Positions 28,456 through 40,300 of a stretch of DNA of 64,000 bases are shown piece after piece. Every line of letters begins with the position of its first letter. The stretch's first letter is position 1. Source of the stretch: Chrysomallon squamiferum (lineage: Eukaryota; Animalia; Mollusca); assembly GCA_012295275.1 (NCBI GenBank), contig CM022665.1, positions 6,758,001 through 6,822,000 on the forward strand. Direction: 5' to 3'. The translations under genes were made by a program, and so were the position numbers. Below the pieces are notes generated by a model, which saw only the letters and a program-made list of their open reading frames with translations, did no database searches and had not been told where the DNA came from.

Positions 28456-29712
28456 AAAAGGATTAAATGTCTTTAATTTTTTATTTTTTTATTTTTTTAA
28501 TTGCTTTCAGTTTTAGGATATGATTAACATGTAATATTTGAAAATGGATGATTTGATGGTGTTCGGAATTTCCAGTTCAGGATTTTGGAAATCCGTATGT
28601 TGAATATTTCTTGTAGGATGTAACTGAAAATTATAACGTGCAGGAAAGAAATGAACGTCATGGACAAACTGCTAAACTGACGTTGTGGCTTCATTGTGCA
28701 GAATGATGAATTGATGTAAATAAGGTAAAAAAAGAAAAAGATTTGGGGTTGTGAAAACCTGTGTCTTTAATGTGATTTTTTTTTTTTTTAATTGAATGTT
28801 TATTTTCCTCTGTTTCATTTTTGTATTATTTTTTTAATATATTGATGAGTATGTTTTTTGATGTTGCATTGCATTGATTTGTGGTATGATTGTGTTATCG
28901 ATTATAATGTATTGTCCGATAGTTTCAAAGGTGTAAAAGTTGTTACAAATAATTGTTTGTAGATTGATTAGAATAATTTTGTTGGATGTACGATAGTTAT
29001 GATTTTTTTTTTAGACACACTGATATTAAGTTTTACATTAATTAAACTTTTTGGTATATTATGAACTACAAATTAAAAAAAAAAAATGTTTTCAAAGTGC
29101 AAATGAGTTGAAATTGTTTAAGCTCTTGTAATGTTTTTTCTTGCAGGATGAATTAAAACTGATAAAGAAGAGAAATGCCAAACCTGGATTTCATCATATT
29201 TCAATTTAGAATGAATGGACACAGTTTTTGTTTTTTAATTTTATTTAACGATAGGTGTAATTTAAAGATCGTTAAAATGTTAAATATAACGAGCATATAA
29301 ATCTGTCCTATTAATACAGTATGTAGATGTTAATGCTTCCTATGTTTAAGTAGAAAAAGTGTTTTTCATATGGTAATTTATTTTGAAGACATATAACTTT
29401 ATAATTCTAAATGATTTAATTGAAGAGTTCCCATTTCAGCTATTTAGTATCTTTAAAACTTTACTGGAAGTGTTATTATACATATAATATCCTGTATAAG
29501 TTCTAAACTAAACTGTTTTTATGTTTAAATTTTATCAAGTGAGTAAACACTTGCACATGCTGGTCAGAGCATTGGGTAAATCCTACCTCCCCCTCCAGAA
29601 TTACATAAAAATAATAATAATAATAAAAAAATAAACTGGAGTTAGGGTTGGGTAGCCGGCTCGCAGCTAATGTAGGCTTCTTGTTTTGCATTTTAAAAAC
29701 TTGTTATATTTG

Positions 29713-29718
29713 AATAAA
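29713..29718 (+). terminator. Polyadenylation signal (AATAAA) of the putative lncRNA
   Basis: AATAAA followed about 20 nt later by a T/GT-rich tract (ctttgcttttggtattgttttctt), within the terminal exon starting at 29147. Confidence 0.45.
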
Positions 29719-30483
29719 ATCTATGATGCTTTTATACTTTGCTTTTGGTATTGTTTTCTTTAAACATAATGACTAAATTACATAGATTGTAATATGATGC
29801 TAAGACTCGTCACGGGTACGGTAGCAGCACACTATTTTGTTTTGATTATCAGAATGGATGCATCAGTAATTTGATCTATAACTTTTTTTGCCCAAATCTT
29901 TAACACACATACCTGTACCACTAATTGCAGTGCACCTAAATTTTGCATTTATGTGGCCATGAAACTTGAATTAAACTTTTTTTCAACAATAAGATTAAAA
30001 ATGGGGAATGGTGATATAGCTGAACATAAGTTTGGCAGACACCATGGTATGTCATTTTCTGAACTTGTAATTGATTAGTTAAGTTAAAGAAAAGATACCC
30101 TCTTGTTTGTGGAAATGGAATTATGGAGTTTTAGGATGAAGCAACTCCATTTGCATTACCCATTCACTAATGTTCATAATACAAGATATATTTGCCATTT
30201 ATATTTTTACATTCTGTATAAGAGCTGTACAAATTAAAACAATTATTAAATTGCAGTTTCCTTCAGATGTGATCTTTATTCAGAATAAATAAAATCATTT
30301 CCCTGTATTTACTCATGGATACATAATTAATATTAATTATAACCTGATTTGTATCAGCAAGGGATGGCTTCTTGCTTATTGACTTGGTTCTACGAAATAG
30401 AACTGTGTGTGTGTCTGAAAATGATGTGTTATCCAGGAAAATATACTGATCTGATGCAATTCATTAACAAATATATCTACATT

Positions 30484-30489
30484 TTTATT
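30484..30489 (-). terminator. Probable polyadenylation signal of COQ6
   Basis: AATAAA on the - strand about 220 nt past the COQ6 stop codon. Confidence 0.4.
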
Positions 30490-30706
30490 TCAATTTAAGT
30501 TTTCACATTCATATTCTAATTCTGTAATTCAAAACAAAACAAAAAAAGTAATAATCTGCAGTAGAATGTATCACATTTCTTTTGCACTGAAAACGGCTTT
30601 TAGTCATTACAAAATAGCTACATAAAATTTACATTAAGGAATCAATTTCAAGTGAATGAAGAAATCCTAAAATTATTATTTTCTTCTTCGTTAAACCATA
30701 CTGAAA

Positions 30707-33700
30707 TTATGTAGATGCCTGCTGGATCACCATTTTCTAAAAAAAAATTAATTATGAATTTGAAAAAAAAGGTGCATAGGTCTTAAAATATACATAAATG
30801 AAAAACATTTGGCTATTAAATGCAGCAGTGAAAAGATAAATCAATTAGTTTTTTTTTTTTTTAAATAAATGAAATGATTTTAATAGCCTTTACAATGTAT
30901 TTATTTTTAAAATTAAAGTGAAATGTATTAAAATGTTTACCTTGACAAAAGCAATTGAATTTGTTGCTTGAAGACCCAGACTCCTGATCATAACAACTGG
31001 TAAAAATGTAGTTGAATACAACCTATGGAGACTATCAGTTGTAGCTAGTACAGGAAGAATATGTCGTTGGCGTTCTGTTTCATAATCAAGAAGTGGAGTG
31101 AGAGAACCTGAATGTGTACATGAATAACAAATTATATGTAGTGCATGTGATTTACACATATTGCCAATCAATTGAATGTTACAAAATTAATAGTTCTAAT
31201 GGATAAAGGAAATTTACGTTGAAAGCATTTCCTCAAACACTGATTATCATCTAATTATTAGAATCTGTGGATTCTTGAAGATTATATATAAAAAAGTTTT
31301 TCCTTCTTCATGAGAGAGAAATTCTTAAGTGGTTTTAAAAAAAAAAAAAAAAAAAAACCCAATAAAACAATGGCTCCAAACAAAACTAAAATTACTTGGT
31401 GTATTATTGCAAACAACAGAATTTTAAAATGTTTTTTTGTTCCTTCATCTTTTGGATTGTGTATTATATTATAAAATGATTCAACTTCAAATGTTTTCCT
31501 TATCTCATTTTTATAACCTGACATTAAAGATCATCTTTTGTCAGTGTAATAATGTAGATTCTTAAAGGAACTGCATTGTTGATAATTTCTTTATCATGGC
31601 GAAAAAAATGTTATGCAAACAGGCTTTTTTTTACTTGAACTTTGCCAACAGACACATACCCTGCAAAAAATATATCTACACCTTTCAAAAAAATAAATTA
31701 ATAAATGATGCTATTAAGATTATAACCTGGGTCAGCTCCATTTTTAGCTGCATCTGTTAAGATTCTGTTAAGGCACAGTACATCTCCAAATCCAAGATTT
31801 ACTCCCTGTCCAGCTAAAGGATGTAAGCGGTGAGCTGCATCTCTGATAATTGAAATAAAATAACAGAATGGCTAGCTATAAAGTGATTTACCAAGTCGTA
31901 CAAATACAATGATTGACAAGATTTTAGCTGAAACATTTTAGTAATTTTGAACCGATCAAAAAATGGGAAAAGCTGAAATTCCATTTTTTTTCCCCCATAT
32001 TTTAAACTAGGTATCAAGAATGAATTGAAAGTGATTAAAAGTAAAAGATTTGACTTCAGTATACTGTGCACCCAAAAATGTTTGTTTTTAAAATGGCAAA
32101 TTTTTCTAGGGCAAATAGGCAAAAGCATCTTAATATTAAAAATAAAAAAAAATGCAAATTTAAAAATGTAAAGTCTTAAAATATGCATTACTGCATTGAG
32201 GATTCTGACGTATGAAATCAGTCACTATAGTCTCAAAGCTTACTGTGTAAGTTAAACAATGCTCACATTCAGAAAAATGTGGCAAAAAATGATATTGTTT
32301 TAAACAGAACAACTAATTTTGTTGCATTTGGTAAATATATGTAAATATACCAAGCATAAAGTTTTATTTGCCTCTAGATTACTAATTTGAGGCTTTGAAG
32401 CTTGTAATTTACTATAAATGGCAAAATGTAACACATAAAACAGACTGCAAACCCAATTAAAGCAACTCTTGGCCGGACATAATGTGAAGAGTGTATCAAG
32501 TTCAAAGGAAAAGCTGCCCGACTTCCATCCAATCCAATTACTGTTGGAGGTAACTGTCTAACTGAAGTTCCACCTATCATAAAACACAGAAGATACGATT
32601 GCACTTGCTTGTATTTAGACTCATAAATAACAAATTTAGAATTCCTAGATTAAGATGCTTTAGGTATCACTTTTAAACTGTTATGCATAATAAATGTAAT
32701 AGAAAAAGTTATAAGATACAACTTGTAATGATATTAAATAAAAAATACTTCACATTACTCAAGCAAAAAATAAAGTACCAGGAATAATATTTTGAACAAG
32801 CATGTTGAATGTTGACAGAGTCCGGTTGATAAGCTGATTTTGATCTCTACCATGCCACTGCAATAAAAAAATAAAAAATAATAATAATAAAATAAAAAAT
32901 CAGCAAATGAAACAAATTGTATTATTCATCTTCACAAGCAACCAGTGTTGCTTTAAAGATTTTTGTTTCTTGAGTGGAGGCAAATTAGATCTCATATTTA
33001 GGTTGATTTCTTTTTAGTTTTATATATTATTCACTTTATAATTACATTCCAATAAAACAGCAATAAAAAGTAATAATTTGAAAACATATTTTGTCATTAT
33101 ATATTGTTACATATACAATTTAATGATTTATATTAAGATATACATGTTATGATTATATTAAAAATATGTTGTTAGTAATAATTAATGTAATTTATGAACA
33201 CCAATGATCTTTGTCATATGAGCACAGAATGATGTTTCAGATGCCTCTTTCCCTGGGAAGTCGCAGGCACTGATCTTTTATGTCCTAACCTCTGAACTAC
33301 AGACTGCTCTTTACATTATAAAACTTCACCAATGATAGATATAAAAATTAATTATGCAAGTGCTAAACATACATAATATACATTATTTAACATACACTCA
33401 CCAAAGCATCATTTACAGCATCAACAAAACTATCTTCTGGAATACTCTGAAGATTTTTTGCATTTTCACGAGATGTAGTCCATATCAGTGAGCTACAAGT
33501 GTCACTGAGCTTACATGTAAAGATAAATCTTAGTTTTAGAAAGATGTGAACAAAAGCTAATCAGGTCAATATTTAAAATATTTTATCCATCTTATAATAT
33601 AAAATATTTTTACAGCAAAACTATACTATAGTTATTAGACTGACAAGAACAAAATTTCATAACAAATTTAAAAAATAAAAACGAATTATATATATACTGT

Positions 33701-33933
33701 ATATTTAATCTGATTTAAAATGATGAATATTTGAACATACTGGCAGAAGAGCTATTGGTCCTGTAGGTAGAAATCTTTGCCAGGCAACTGTGTTCTCACT
33801 TATCTGCAGAATGAATTCATTTTTAAAAATCTTATTTTACTGTGGAACTTTTAAATATTCTTTATTTTAACTATATTTATGGTCTAATTACATTAAAAAA
33901 CAAAACAATGAAAAAAAAAATAAAAAATATGTG

Positions 33934-33970
<37 letters not shown>

Positions 33971-36900
33971 ATGTAATAGTAAGTTGAAATTACTAACTGC
34001 CAAATAACGATGATAAACATTAACACAGTTAAAGAAGATAACAAAAATTAGATTAAATATGATAATGTAAAAAGGTAAAAAAAATTATATATTTATAACC
34101 ATTAACTAGCTAACCTCAGAAAGTTTCAGTGTTGCAACAACTGCAGACTGTTTGTAATCCCTCTTTATAGTGTGAAACTGTGAAGCTTTTCTAACTATGG
34201 AATTCATTCCATCAGCACCAATCTAGGACAGAAAAAAAAGGAAAAAAAAAAGAACAAAAGATAAAAAAACCTTCTGAATATGGAATTAAAAATAGTAAAA
34301 TCTGCATTCTGATGATATTACCACACAAATGATTTACACAATTTTAATAAAAATTTTTAGTACTTTGTTTTCAAATAGATCATTATTTCATACATGTTCA
34401 AAAGTTAACAACAGTAACTGAGGTCTCTATTAAGGTTTAAGAGTTTGAATAAATTTTAAATCTAAATGATATGAAAATATGATGATGATGGGTTTATTAT
34501 ATTTCATAAATTTAACACACACAATAAAAAAGAAAGTACTATAGAAAGAAACAAAAATACATGATCAAGGTTTCTGATTTTGTTTTACCTAATAAAAAAT
34601 TTCAGTTAATATAAAAGCTGATTCAAAATAAGATCCTACTCAAATATCTGAAGATAATCACTGGTAATAACAATGACTCACAACAAGTTTTGTCCGTATA
34701 ATGTCTCCATTTCCAAGTTCTATTTGAACTTCTGAAGTGTCAGTCTTATTGGGCATGACAACTGATTTGACCTTGCTTTTGTAACGTATGTCAACAACAT
34801 TGGTAGCTTTCAGTCTTTTCATGATGGCAGCAAGTATAACATCATTCTCCACAATGTATGCAAGGTTATCTGTCATCTCTTCATTACAGAATGTAATCAG
34901 TGATTCTGAACAAGATTCCCAAACCTAAAAATTAAATGACCAAATGTGGGATGCAGTCTGCACCAAATACTGTATTTTTATGTTTTCTAATAACATAAAA
35001 TAAATATAAAAATGTAAACATTTTTAACAAAGTATGCTTGATAAAGAAAGAGAAAATTAACACTGAAATGATCATTCTTTACTGTAATTCATATCATCAT
35101 GAACTGACAAAACTTTCTGCACTCCCCCCCCTCCCACAAAAAAACGATTAAGCCAGTTAACAGAGGTACTTCTGAAGTTAACATTACTCAATTTACTGTA
35201 ATAAAGCTTCTGTCAGGAAAGTATTACATTTTTGGATCTGTTATAAGAAACAAAATGTCATTAAAATTCAAATAACAAACCTGCATCCTCTTTACAGGAT
35301 GACATCGCATCTGAAGAATTTCATTCCACACTCCCAAGCCTGGAAATGTTTAAAAATAAACCTTTTCTATGAAGATGTTCATAAAACAAATGAAATCAAC
35401 AAACAGTTCATTATTACACTCAATAATTTCATCTTATTTATTCTATGACCCCACAAAATCGGAGTGAGAACATGCTCAATCATGCTAAATATTTTAATTA
35501 CCTTTTGCAAATATTAATTCTGAGATTTATTTCTCAAAGGCAAACACATACAAACATACCAAATAACAATCTGAAAGTGCTTTATTTCAAACTAAATTTA
35601 GTATCAGTGTTCTTCCATACTCTGTTGAAATACAGAATTCACATTAACAAAAGTGAATCAAATAAACATATCCTTCAAGCATATGATTTTTAGCTGTCCT
35701 TACAAAAATAATTGTATACTGACACAAAAATTCTTTTTTTTAGATATAATTGAACTTACCATCCAGCAAATGAACTGTGGAAGGGCTGAGAGCACATGTT
35801 CTGTTGCTGAATGTTTCTTGAAGCTGAAAGTCTGTACGATCTTTGGAAGATTCCAGCATAATGATTTTTTTCTTAGAAAGGATTTCATTGTGAGCTTCAA
35901 ATAAAAAACAAGCAACAATTATTGGAAAAATATTTATATTATTAACAACTTAAGATTTAATAAACTGTTGTCCTTGAATGTGTTTTTGTCTGAATGTTCT
36001 GATTATTTATATTATTGCTGGGAAAATCTGGTGCTGTTAACGTATCTGGAATTAATTAATTCATTTTTCATATACAGAAAAAAAATAATATAATAATAAC
36101 ATAAAAAGAACAATAGAGCTCACACCTAATTAATAATTCATAGAAAATAATTTTTGTTTACAGTATAAACAGATTAAATTTATCAATGTTATATTCATGA
36201 TGAATGTTACTAAAATTTCATTCTTATTGCCATGCTGGTGTTCTGTAAACTCCTCATCCTATCATATTATTGCTCAGCGACTACATTTTAGATGATTATA
36301 ACCCATTACTGGCTTTAAGCTATCAGTGAAATATAAAATTACACATCTTCATAATACTTTACTGGGAATGTTTTGTTTAGTAAGAGTTATCCTCCAAGGA
36401 CATGATTACATGCTGTAGAGACAGGCCTGAATAAGCAAATCTATTTTAAAATAATCTGCAACGTTATAATTATTTGTTTATCTATGTCTGGGAATTATGG
36501 TGCATGGACACAGTAAATCAAGATAATCAAATGGATAACATCCACTGTTATTTTTATTCATTTTGTTAATAGTAATAATTAGTTATGAACAAATATTTTA
36601 TTGAAGGTTCCAATTAACTCTTTTTTATTTTTATTTATTTATGTTTGAACCATCTTAACAGTAAAGTTATTGTGGTAGGTCTAAAAACCTATCCTCTGAA
36701 GTCAACAGACAGCCTTTAAGCGCACGGATTACGCTGCTGACTACTGGTTTCAGTGGACATCAGTTACTTCAGTTTCACGATTAATCATCAAGTATACAGC
36801 TTAGTCTCGAAGCGTCAAAACTGAATACATATAGTACTAAAAGGCTACTTTAACTGAAGTTCAAACTTCAATGTTACGAATAGAACAAACCTAAAACACA

Positions 36901-37053
36901 TGCCATTGCTGCCCCAACCATACCACCTCCTGATATGACAATATCAGCATTTTCTGCACTACTCAACGAACTAAATCTGATATATTTTAGCAAATTATTT
37001 AATTTACAGTAAGATACGACGTTTTGAAACGACTTTCTTAACAATATAGACAT
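30707..37053 (-). CDS. COQ6: Ubiquinone biosynthesis monooxygenase COQ6, mitochondrial (463 aa, 12 exons)
   Basis: Exons: 37053-36891, 35894-35760, 35339-35281, 34924-34682, 34222-34115, 33803-33741, 33509-33402, 32857-32779, 32573-32453, 31842-31727, 31107-30941, 30736-30707. All GT-AG, phases consistent, 1392 nt. Motifs: basic N-terminal transit-like peptide, [11 protein letters not shown] (FAD GxGxxG), [56 protein letters not shown]. Confidence 0.96.
33936..33967. repeat. (CT)n microsatellite in a COQ6 intron
   Basis: Direct (CT/TC) run. Confidence 0.95.
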
Positions 37054-37381
37054 GTTTCACATTTAGTAAAACCCCACAAAAATAGAGTTATCTATCTTAG
37101 CTACAATACTGATTAAAATATTTAGTGCATTTCAACTGGGGGGGGGGATTATAATTGAAATAAAGATATATTTCAATTATCTACAGGCAGTAGCTCTAGT
37201 TTTCTTCTTCTTCTTATTTTTTTTTAAGGAAAATTTTAATATTTAAATTATTAACAGTATCACATTAAGTTGTTATAGACTGTTTCTAAACAATTATTTA
37301 GAAATACATCACCGCAGTAAATGAAAGGAAAACCAGTTAGTTTACTTTGTGCGCTACTGCTATTTAGTTGCAATGGCAACA
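37054..37381. promoter_or_regulatory. Bidirectional promoter region COQ6 / FAM161
   Basis: Only 328 bp between the divergent start codons (37053 on -, 37382 on +). Confidence 0.75.
37367..37380. promoter_or_regulatory. RFX X-box motif (GTTGCAATGGCAAC)
   Basis: One mismatch to the palindromic X-box GTTGCCATGGCAAC, immediately before the start of a ciliary/centriolar gene. Confidence 0.65.
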
Positions 37382-40300
37382 ATGGCAACAAGCCACAAGC
37401 AGTCGGTTTTGACAAATTCTTTAGTAAAACCTCCACTTAATCCTCTTACTGGACTTTCATCGACCTTAATAGAGAGACCTATGTCTCCGTACAGAGGTAT
37501 TTTTATTGACGATACTGATGGATGTGATAATTACGATGTAAAACAAAATGATGTGACGCAGTTGTTAAGAGAATATACAACAGACGAAATTGCCGCTCAC
37601 TTGCGGCAGTTGTCCGATGACGAATTTTACATCAAATTACAAGAACTGAAAACTGAACAGAAAAAAGCACTGCAGGAGTGTGAGAAACTTTACCAAGAAA
37701 AAATAGCAATGCAAAAGGCATTGACCGAGCCTGCTGATTGTGACCTGGATGAATTATTTTATAGAAATGAAATAAGACCAGTCATGAATGAACATGTCTC
37801 AGATACAGAGACATCTCTGTATTTAAATGATATTTCAGCAAATTATGGAGGTAATGTGAAGGATCTTTCAACAAAACCTCCAGTGGCAACATCATTCAGT
37901 ACAAAACCTCTCACCTCAACACTTTTTGGATCAAGATTATTTAAAGAAAGACCAAGTACAGCTCCAGCAAGATGGAAATTAGAAAGATCACATAGCCTTG
38001 ATGAACATGAGTGGCTCAAGACCAGAACTACACTTGATGATAATTTTAACTGCACAGAAAGATACAGTCCTGATGACATGAATGAAGCAATGTCCAAAAT
38101 TGACAACATGTGGGAAACATTTTCCATTGAAGACTATGCACCAAGAGAACGCAGACATTCATTCACTTCTGCCACAAAAAGCAAAAGTGTTCAGAATGAA
38201 AAAGATAACTGGCGTCATCGACTTACAATCCCAAAACCATTTAAAATGACTCTTAGAGAAGAGAAAAAAGATAAGAAGAAAACCAGTGCACAGATTGATT
38301 TAGAAAATAAAAGACTAGAAAAAATTAAGGCTGAAGAAGCAGAATGTCAAAAAGTATTCAAAGCTTCTCCTGCACCAGCTCACATTTATCTTCCACTCTA
38401 TGATGAAATCATGGAGAAAAATGAATTAAGACGTCATTACGTTAAACAATGTTGCCAAGAAATGTTAAAATCTCAAGAGAAACCATTCAACTTTGTCAAG
38501 AGAGAAGAAGAGAAAAAGAAAGTTAAAAGTAATTCAGCTCGGAGACCAAAGGTTTCAGAAAAAGTAGCAAAATCTGTTTTTAAAGCTAAACCAGTTCCAG
38601 ATTATTTGTATGACAAAAGTATCGAAGAAAAACTTCTTGAAGAAGAAGAATACAGAAAAATTAGAATAAAGATGAGAGCTGAAGAACTTTTGCAAGAAGC
38701 ATCATTACCATCAAATATGGAAATGAGGCAGCGATTGAAAGAACAGAAATTGAAAGAGCAAAAATCAAAAGAAAAGTTTTCTCATCAAAGGAAAAATAAA
38801 ACCAGAGGAATTCATAGAGTGCCTGATTATGATGCCTTGTTCCATCAGTTTCAGAAGGAAATGTCTCAGCGGAAAGTTGAAAAAGAACCAACTATCCCAA
38901 AACCATTTCTTCTGTCAGAAAAAAATTCACGTTCAGTCCATGAAAAGTGTATTGAAGAGATGAAAAAAGAACAACAAACCCTGAAAGACATTCGGTCATC
39001 TCTTGCTTCATCACGCAGATATTCAACAGGTAAAAATATTTGCAATGTAAAAAGTAGAATTTAAACAGGTTAACCAGACTTGATATTTCTTGTAATTTTA
39101 TTTGAGAACCATTCTTTTAAAAACATTAACTTGATGCTAAAATTGATAGTTAGGGCATAGTGCTGAGAGAATGGAAGATAAATCCTTCTTAGTGTGCTGA
39201 ATGGGATTTTGACACAGACACACCACTAGTTTGCTGTGGTATTTGTTTTCCTGCATGCAGAAAAAATGTTTAAAACATACCTAAATGCTAATCCAAAAAG
39301 TGTAGCCAGTTGTGTGAAAACAGCAGATTTCCTCTCATTGTCTGCATAGTCCTTAGTTATAAGTATTAATAAATATTCTTAGATATGCTGAGTGTCATTA
39401 AATAAAATATTTTAACTTCCTTTGATCCTAAATGTAAGAATGGTTGATGGTGTTTTTAACAGTTTTAAAAAAAAGTAAATCAAATAAGTATTTTGACTAA
39501 ACAATTTTTTTTTAATTTTTATTCTTTTGTGTTTTTTTTTTCAAGTTACAAACACAAAATCAGATTATTACAATAATTTTATTTATCTGTAGGTTCTTGG
39601 ACTTCTTTGGATGCAATACCATACAGAACTACCACAGCAGCAGATTTGAGGAGCAGTATGAATAGGTAAGTGTAAATAATATTAGTCCAAACAGAACACA
39701 GAAAATAATGACATTTTCTTTATATTGAAATAATGTACATTTTACCAATTTTAAAAACATTTTAAATAGCAGGTGTTATAAATTAATTATCTTCATTATT
39801 AATATATAAGAAGTGGAACATAAGCTCAGGAATAGAGCATCTGCTCAACATACAGTGGGCTCATTAGATCAAACCCTCTTGGTGGATTACGTCTTGTCCC
39901 AATCAGTGCTGTACAATTAGTGCAATAAAGGCTGTATGGTATATCTGGGATGATTTACATACATTAACCCTCATTGTTAATTGGAAAAATGACTCCATGA
40001 AGTTAGTTTTCTCTTGATATCTGAATCATTATTAACTATATGTCTAACTATATGCAAAAAATATAAAATATGTTGAATGTGTTAAATAAATTATTTTGTT
40101 CTATCTACCACTATATATATATTTATTTATTTTTTACAGAAGCTATCTTCTGTTATAAAATTAAGTCTAATTTATTACAGCATCTTTATGTAATTATACT
40201 GTTTCATTTTGTCCATGGTTTATTTTGAATAGAAGTTATATTGAACGCCTGACACAAAAAGAACAAGAAGAACTAGAAGAGGAAGAACGGCATCGTAGAC

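Larger units (their letters stand above)
110..29740 (+). ncRNA. Putative long multi-exon non-coding RNA gene built from repeated exon cassettes
   Basis: Chain of + strand AG..GT-bounded exons: ~110-461, 818-866, 1591-1663, 2214-2289, 3460-3540, 3791-3876; 15 copies of a ~92-nt exon (starts 4884, 6590, 8344, 10089, 11575, 13328, 15069, 16551, 18306, 20050, 21532, 23288, 25033, 26598, 28293); 10 copies of a 40-nt exon; then 28644-28724 and a terminal exon from 29147 with AATAAA at 29713-29718 and a GT-rich downstream element. The 5' exons give only short ORFs (e.g. MSARKATKKLLKENSAQNRNFSRIKETK*). No expression data. Confidence 0.55.

Noticed and set aside
30150-30430. Possible further repeat relics (also about 33200-33300 and 40560-40780)
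   Set aside because: GC-richer patches that look like old interspersed repeats, but too decayed to classify without a library search.
37349-37372. GTG-initiated N-terminal extension of FAM161 from the ORF track
   Set aside because: Eukaryotic gene; similarity to FAM161A begins at MATSH (37382).
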